Of a DNA stretch of 64,000 nt, positions 59,323 to 64,000 are shown piece by piece. Both the position numbers and the translations under genes were made by a program. This stretch comes from a virus: the IMG/VR virus record IMGVR_UViG_3300044953_000102, positions 1 through 64,000 of that record; one strand, given 5' to 3'. Below the pieces are notes generated by a model. The model was not told where the DNA came from and did not search any database. It saw only the letters and a list, made by a program, of their open reading frames with translations. The first letter of the stretch is position 1, and each line of letters opens with the position of its first letter.

Positions 59323-59520
59323 ATGAAAGCAAAAATGCCAATGGTAACAAAAGACGGTAAACAAATACCAGCTTTTGCTGCAGATGGAAAAGGTAAAATG
59401 AAAATGGGTGGAGCTAAAAAACCAAAGATGATGGCTGGTGGTGCTAAACCAAAAGCTATGTATGGTACTGCTATGAAACCTAGTATGATGAAAAAAGGTG
59501 GAGCTAAAAAAATGAAATAA
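59323..59520 (+). CDS. Small basic K/M/G-rich protein
   Basis: IPAFAADGKGK; MKMGG, MMAGG, MKKGG. Confidence 0.7.
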   Translation: MKAKMPMVTKDGKQIPAFAADGKGKMKMGGAKKPKMMAGGAKPKAMYGTAMKPSMMKKGGAKKMK

Positions 59521-59717
59521 TGGCCACTAAGAAGACAACTAAAAGCAAAGTAAACCAGGCTGGTGTTTATACTAAGCCTGGTATGCGTAAGTCTTTGTTT
59601 GAAAGAATTAAAGCTGGTACAAAGGGAGGAGATCCTGGAGAATGGTCTGCAAGAAAAGCACAACTTTTAGCTAAAGAATATAAGTCTAAGGGTGGTGGTT
59701 ATAAAACTAAGAAGTAA
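59520..59717 (+). CDS. Small basic protein (DUF5872-like)
   Basis: YTKPGMRK.LFERIKAG.KGG.PGEWSARKAQLLAKEYK..GGGY. Confidence 0.7.
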   Translation: MATKKTTKSKVNQAGVYTKPGMRKSLFERIKAGTKGGDPGEWSARKAQLLAKEYKSKGGGYKTKK

Positions 59718-59983
59718 TGGCTAAAGATCCTCAGCAAAGTTTAAGAGATTGGTCAGCACAAAAGTGGATGACATCTGGAACTTATGCAAATAAGAAGAAA
59801 GGTTCTTCTAAAGAGGTAAAGTCAAAAGGTAAAAAAAGGTATTTACCTGAAGCTGCTTGGGGTTCTTTATCAGCAGGAGAAAAAGCAGCTACAAATAAAG
59901 CAAAGGCTAAAGGTAATAGTAAAGGAAAACAATTTGTTAAACAGCCAAAGGGTATAGCCCAAAAAGCAGCAAGATTTAGATAG
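59717..59983 (+). CDS. Small basic protein
   Basis: QQSLRDW..QKW..RYLPEAAW..LS..EKAATN..K..GKQFVKQPK. Confidence 0.7.
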   Translation: MAKDPQQSLRDWSAQKWMTSGTYANKKKGSSKEVKSKGKKRYLPEAAWGSLSAGEKAATNKAKAKGNSKGKQFVKQPKGIAQKAARFR

Positions 59984-59985
59984 TT

Positions 59986-60225
59986 ATGGCAATTAAAAAA
60001 ACAACAACAAAATCAACACCAGCTAAGAAAAGTTCTTCAGTTGGTATTTCTATTTTTGGTGGTAACAAAGCAGAAATGAGAAAATGGGAAGTTGAATCTG
60101 CTATGTCTACATTACAAAGAGCTTCTGAGATTCAGAAGAATGCAAAGTTAATGGCAGATGTAAAAAAGATGGCAGCTGAGAAAGCAAAAGAATTTAACAG
60201 TATTGCATCTGGTAAAAAGATTTAA
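59986..60225 (+). CDS. Small basic protein
   Basis: 79 aa, K/A/S-rich. Confidence 0.7.
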   Translation: MAIKKTTTKSTPAKKSSSVGISIFGGNKAEMRKWEVESAMSTLQRASEIQKNAKLMADVKKMAAEKAKEFNSIASGKKI

Positions 60226-60227
60226 TA

Positions 60228-60572
60228 ATGGCACAGGCAAAAACTAAGAAAGTAAAAGTTACTGCCGGTGGTGAAAAACATGTAGTATATAAGAAGACTA
60301 CAAAAAAAGGAGAAGGAAAGGTTGGTCATATTATGGTCAACCATCCTACTAAAGATAAAGGACAGTGGGATACTATAGATTTAACTGCTAAAGCAAAAGC
60401 AAAAACAGTTAAACAAGGTGTGGCAGCAACTAGAAAATGGCATAAAGAAAATCCTTATCCCAAACAAAAAATGAAGTTGGGTGGAAGTGCAAAGAGTTGT
60501 TGGCCTGGTTATGAAAAAAAAGGTACTAAAAAGATGTATGGTAAAACATATAACAACTGTGTAAAAAAATAG
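60228..60572 (+). CDS. Small basic protein with C-terminal CWPGY..NCVKK module
   Basis: Two modules separated by MKLGG. Confidence 0.7.
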   Translation: MAQAKTKKVKVTAGGEKHVVYKKTTKKGEGKVGHIMVNHPTKDKGQWDTIDLTAKAKAKTVKQGVAATRKWHKENPYPKQKMKLGGSAKSCWPGYEKKGTKKMYGKTYNNCVKK

Positions 60573-60574
60573 TC

Positions 60575-60895
60575 ATGGCAAGTAGTAGAGCACAACAAGC
60601 AGCAATAGCTATCTCAATGAAGAAAGCTGGTAAGAAACCTAAGATGAAATCAGGTGGTTCTACTCCTGCTTGGACAAGAAAAGAAGGAAAATCTCCTTCT
60701 GGAGGACTTAATGCTAAAGGTAGAGCTTCTTATAACAAGTCTACTGGTGGTAATCTTAAAGCTCCTCAACCAGAAGGAGGTCCTAGAAAAAAATCATTTT
60801 GTGCTAGATCTGCAGGTCAAATGAAGATGTGGCCTAAAGCAGCTAAGGATCCAAATAGTAGATTACGATTAGCTAGAAAGAAATGGAAGTGTTAA
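60575..60895 (+). CDS. Small basic protein (DUF6321-like)
   Basis: TPAWTRKEGK...GGLNAKGRASY..LKAP..RKKSFCAR..DPNSR...WKC. Confidence 0.72.
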   Translation: MASSRAQQAAIAISMKKAGKKPKMKSGGSTPAWTRKEGKSPSGGLNAKGRASYNKSTGGNLKAPQPEGGPRKKSFCARSAGQMKMWPKAAKDPNSRLRLARKKWKC

Positions 60896-60925
60896 AAATA
60901 TTATTAATTAAAAAATAAATGTATA

Positions 60926-61141
60926 ATGAAAAAGTTAGTAAAAAAACAAGTGGGTGGTCCAGTAAGACCTAAAAATGTACAAAGAACAAGCGGTTCACAA
61001 CCTTTAACAGAATATAGTCCAAAGATTAATAGAGGAGGTGGAAATCTTATACCTGTTGGAGCAACTAAACATCCTAAAACAGGAAAACCTTTAAAACCTT
61101 CTATGAAGAAAGGTGGAATTGTAAAAGGTAAGAAAAAATAA
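60926..61141 (+). CDS. Small basic protein
   Basis: KQVGG ... MKKGG. Confidence 0.65.
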   Translation: MKKLVKKQVGGPVRPKNVQRTSGSQPLTEYSPKINRGGGNLIPVGATKHPKTGKPLKPSMKKGGIVKGKKK

Positions 61142-61233
61142 TGAAAGGTATGAAAGCTAAACTTACATCTGCTAAGACAGCTAATGATCCTAACTCTAGG
61201 ATCAATAAGTCTTTAAGAAAGTGGAATTGTTAA
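61141..61233 (+). CDS. Orphan DUF6321-like C-terminal fragment (30 aa; may be a remnant)
   Basis: MKGMKAKLTSAKTANDPNSRINKSLRKWNC parallels the end of the 60575-60895 protein. Confidence 0.55.
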   Translation: MKGMKAKLTSAKTANDPNSRINKSLRKWNC

Positions 61234-61250
61234 ACTAAAAATTATAAGAA

Positions 61251-61916
61251 ATGAAAATGTGTGCTAAATGTGGTGGATCTATGAAAAAAGGTGGTGCTAC
61301 AAAAAAGATGGCTAAAGGTGGTGTGCAAAAAATTGTTGGTATGCCTGGATATAATGCAACTCTTTACCCTACATCTTTTAAGAAAGGTGGTGTTAAGAAA
61401 ATGCAGAGTGGTGGAGAAAAACCTGATAAAAGTGTTTTAAAAAATATACTAGGTTTAATTGGTGGAGGATCTGGTATTTTAGCTGGCACAATATTAGGAA
61501 ATAGAGAAAAGGATTCTGAAAAAGCTAATGAAAGAGATAATAAAAGAATCCAAAGAAAAAGTGATAGAAGGGAAAAGAAAGGTTACAAACCAATCTCTAG
61601 ACCATCATTCAAAAATGGTGGTTCTACTTCTTTTGGTATGCTTTCAGTAAAAGCTGGTGTAGATAAAAATCCTAAACCAACTGCTGCTGATAGAATTGCT
61701 GGAGCTAAGATGAAAAAGAAAATGGGTGGTTCAGCAAAACCTTCTGCTGATCTTAGTGCAAAAACTAAATCTAACATTGCTAAAAAAGCTAGTGCTGGAA
61801 AAGACATTGGTAAGAAAGGTAAAGGTTTTGCAAAAGTAGCTGCTGCTGCAGGTGGTGGTGAAAAAGGTAAAAGAATTGCTGCAGCTGCAATGTGGAAAAA
61901 TATTAAAAGAGGATAA
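61251..61916 (+). CDS. Basic multi-module K/G/A-rich protein
   Basis: Six x-x-x-G-G junctions: MKKGG, MAKGG, FKKGG, MQSGG, FKNGG, KKMGG. Confidence 0.7.
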   Translation: MKMCAKCGGSMKKGGATKKMAKGGVQKIVGMPGYNATLYPTSFKKGGVKKMQSGGEKPDKSVLKNILGLIGGGSGILAGTILGNREKDSEKANERDNKRIQRKSDRREKKGYKPISRPSFKNGGSTSFGMLSVKAGVDKNPKPTAADRIAGAKMKKKMGGSAKPSADLSAKTKSNIAKKASAGKDIGKKGKGFAKVAAAAGGGEKGKRIAAAAMWKNIKRG

Positions 61917-62614
61917 TGTTAAATAGTACTATTACCATAAAGATTAAACAAAGACTCAATAAACTTGACAGTCAAGATTATGATAACATAACCTGCTGGC
62001 AAGTTGTTGAGGCTTTTAATAAAGCTCAGGTGGAATGGTCTAGGAGACAGCTACATGGTATTAATGTAGTTAAGGAAGGTGATGAACAATCTACTCGTAG
62101 AAAGGATGACCTTCAAAAACTTTTAATTAAAACACCTTTGACTTCAGTAAAGAAAGATCTTTATTATGAAGGAGATGTTCCTGTAAACTATTTACAATGG
62201 AAACGTGTAGACATCTATGCAAAAAAAGAGTGTTGTGATAAAAGAAGAATGACTGTATATCTTGCAGAAGAAGGGAATCTTAATCAACTTCTGAGAGATA
62301 AATCAAAACAACCAAGTTTTGAATGGGCAGAAACATTTGCAACTTTAATCAACGACACAGTACATCTTTACACAAACAATGAATTTGAAGTAGAGGAAGC
62401 ATACCTAACCTACTACAGACAACCGGTAAAAATACAAATTGATGGATGTTCAGATCCATACACCGGGATTACTTCCACTACAAATGTAGATTGTGAATTT
62501 AAAGATGACATAATAGAATTAATAATTGATGAGGCAGTAAGTATTCTAGCTGGAGACATAGAGTCTGGAAACCAATTCTCTAGAACACAAGAATCTGCTG
62601 AACGTAGTAACTAA
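61916..62614 (+). CDS. Putative head-tail ring/adaptor protein
   Basis: LNKLDSQ..FNKAQ..EQSTRRKDDLQ.L..LTYYRQP..CEF...IIDEAV; crAss-like position. Confidence 0.6.
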   Translation: MLNSTITIKIKQRLNKLDSQDYDNITCWQVVEAFNKAQVEWSRRQLHGINVVKEGDEQSTRRKDDLQKLLIKTPLTSVKKDLYYEGDVPVNYLQWKRVDIYAKKECCDKRRMTVYLAEEGNLNQLLRDKSKQPSFEWAETFATLINDTVHLYTNNEFEVEEAYLTYYRQPVKIQIDGCSDPYTGITSTTNVDCEFKDDIIELIIDEAVSILAGDIESGNQFSRTQESAERSN

Positions 62615-62620
62615 TAAATA

Positions 62621-63238
62621 ATGGAATCAAAACCAAGAACTTTAAAAAGACCAGAAATTGTAAAAGTGCCTCAATCAACTGGCATACCAAATATTGATAA
62701 ACCAAGTACAGGAACATCAAAAGATACTCCTGAATTTAAAACCATGAACCCTCTAATTACAGAGTCATGTGTAGAATATCTTAATTATAGAATTCAACAA
62801 GAAGAATATTCTTCTAGAATCTACATGGCAATGACGATGTGGTTGGATGAAAAAGGATTTAAAGGAGCTGCTGGTCTTTGGAGAAAATATTCAGATGAAG
62901 AACTTACTCATGCTGACATAGCACGTAAGTATCTTTTATCTTTTGGTGTACAACCATTAACTCCAAGATTAGACCAACCTCAACAAGATTTTCCAGGAAG
63001 TCTTCCTGAGATTATTCAGTTATCTTATGAGCATGAGATAGAAGTATCTACTCAAATTAAAAAGATGGCTGATCATGCACTTGGCATGAAAGATCATATG
63101 TTATATGAATTATGTCTTGGTTATCTTAAAGAACAAGTTGAAGAGCATGATAAAATGCAAACATGGGTTGACAAATTAAAAACATTTGGTACAGATCCAT
63201 TAGCTCTTAGATTACTTGATAATGATATGGCCGGATAA
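62621..63238 (+). CDS. Ferritin-like protein (non-heme ferritin)
   Basis: LN.RI..E.YSSRIY.AM..W..G..G.A..EE..HA..HE..V..EQVEE ferroxidase pattern. Confidence 0.88.
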   Translation: MESKPRTLKRPEIVKVPQSTGIPNIDKPSTGTSKDTPEFKTMNPLITESCVEYLNYRIQQEEYSSRIYMAMTMWLDEKGFKGAAGLWRKYSDEELTHADIARKYLLSFGVQPLTPRLDQPQQDFPGSLPEIIQLSYEHEIEVSTQIKKMADHALGMKDHMLYELCLGYLKEQVEEHDKMQTWVDKLKTFGTDPLALRLLDNDMAG

Positions 63239-63274
63239 TTTTTATAATAATTTGGATAATTAAAAACTTTTGAC

Positions 63275-63288
63275 TATATTATAGTATA
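63275..63288 (+). promoter_or_regulatory. Phage promoter-like motif TATATTATAGTATA
   Basis: Identical to 44809-44822; 25 nt upstream of the ATG at 63314. Confidence 0.55.
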
Positions 63289-63313
63289 TATTTATTAACT
63301 AAAACAAAAAACA

Positions 63314-64000
63314 ATGGCTTATTTTGATCATGCGTACAGAAAAGTCCTTTTGGCAACAAATGGAGTTTCTAACCTAACAGGTGTACAATTAGGTACTCCT
63401 ACTGCACCTGGTGCAACAACTACTTACCAGCTTGCTCCTGGTACAATTACATTTATCAACCCTGAAACATTTATTGTTGATGATGCTCCTGCATCTTGTT
63501 GTGATGTAATTCTTGCTGCTGGTTCAATCTATCCTAAAGATAAGATTGGTCCTTTCCACGGAGGTTATCAAGAGTCTAACAAAACTAAGACTATCAAACC
63601 TCAGTATGTAAGCAAGTATTGGTATGTTAATGCTAATGCACCTTCTAACTATATTATCCATGTTGGATATACTCCATGGACAGATGCAAATCCACCTTCA
63701 AGCAGCAACCCTGGTGAAACAGGAGGTACTTGTTGTAAAGAGTTCTTATGTGGTGAGACTTATTATCTACGTTTAGATGTTAAAGGTTCTCCTGCAATGA
63801 GATACTTAAATCACAATGCATATGAGACTCTTGAGGCTTATACAGGATGTTGTGATCCTGCTGCAATTGCACCTACTCCAGTTGATCCACGTAAAGTATA
63901 TCTTGCTTGGGCTAATCAACTTTTAGAGTCTCCAATTGTAAATCCTTTTGCATATCCAGTAGTTACTTTCTCAAATGATGGTGGAGCAACTTGGACATAC
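63314..64000 (+). CDS. Structural protein, 3'-truncated by the window (not in ORF track)
   Basis: MAYFDHAYRKVLLAT... stays open to the window end; Cys-Cys motifs; MCP-like codon usage. Confidence 0.7.
   Translation, partial: MAYFDHAYRKVLLATNGVSNLTGVQLGTPTAPGATTTYQLAPGTITFINPETFIVDDAPASCCDVILAAGSIYPKDKIGPFHGGYQESNKTKTIKPQYVSKYWYVNANAPSNYIIHVGYTPWTDANPPSSSNPGETGGTCCKEFLCGETYYLRLDVKGSPAMRYLNHNAYETLEAYTGCCDPAAIAPTPVDPRKVYLAWANQLLESPIVNPFAYPVVTFSNDGGATWTY

Noticed and set aside
2577-61807. Antisense or nested ORFs in the track (e.g. 2577-2909, 4996-5385, 19743-20102, 20647-21039, 42944-43297, 46706-47089, 59190-59663, 61583-61807)
   Set aside because: Shadows of well-supported genes on the other strand or frame, with no independent motifs.
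1-64000. Stop-codon reassignment (TAG or TGA), known in some crAss-like phages
   Set aside because: PolB, terminase, portal, MCP and the giant proteins are uninterrupted in the standard code; TAG and TGA end genes normally; the tRNA anticodon is UCU, not a suppressor.

Overview
AT-rich window from a crAss-like (Crassvirales-type) bacteriophage, most likely infecting a Bacteroidota host (TAnnTTTG promoters, AT-rich leaders without Shine-Dalgarno sequences). It uses the standard genetic code. Layout: (1) 1-10.5 kb, + strand: two giant virion/ejection-type polyvalent proteins. (2) 10.5-41.6 kb, mostly - strand: replication and early block with PolB, PD-(D/E)XK nuclease, MoxR ATPase + VWA/metallopeptidase, GIY-YIG homing endonuclease, primase, DnaB, UNG, spore-photoproduct-lyase-like radical SAM, ClpS, SF2 helicase and tRNA-Arg(UCU), ending in about 1.5 kb without a credible CDS that is packed with helices and GNRA tetraloops. 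(3) A GC/G-tract island at about 41.65-41.74 kb where the strands diverge, possibly the genome end or packaging site. (4) 41.8-64 kb, + strand: late block with phosphoesterase, GroES, spanin/holin/amidase, terminase, portal, major capsid protein, nine small very basic ORFs, ring protein and ferritin. Best leads: a candidate ~850-nt ornate ncRNA with a second ~190-nt RNA next to it; a locus of basic peptides punctuated by phi-x-x-G-G motifs (possible processed polyproteins); cassette-like repeats inside the first giant protein; a homing endonuclease flanked by 20-bp inverted repeats that ends in the same GKVIKLEL as its neighbour; a short motif shared by three otherwise unrelated proteins; and two candidate phage-specific promoter motifs. 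All family assignments come from motif recognition by eye, not database searches.
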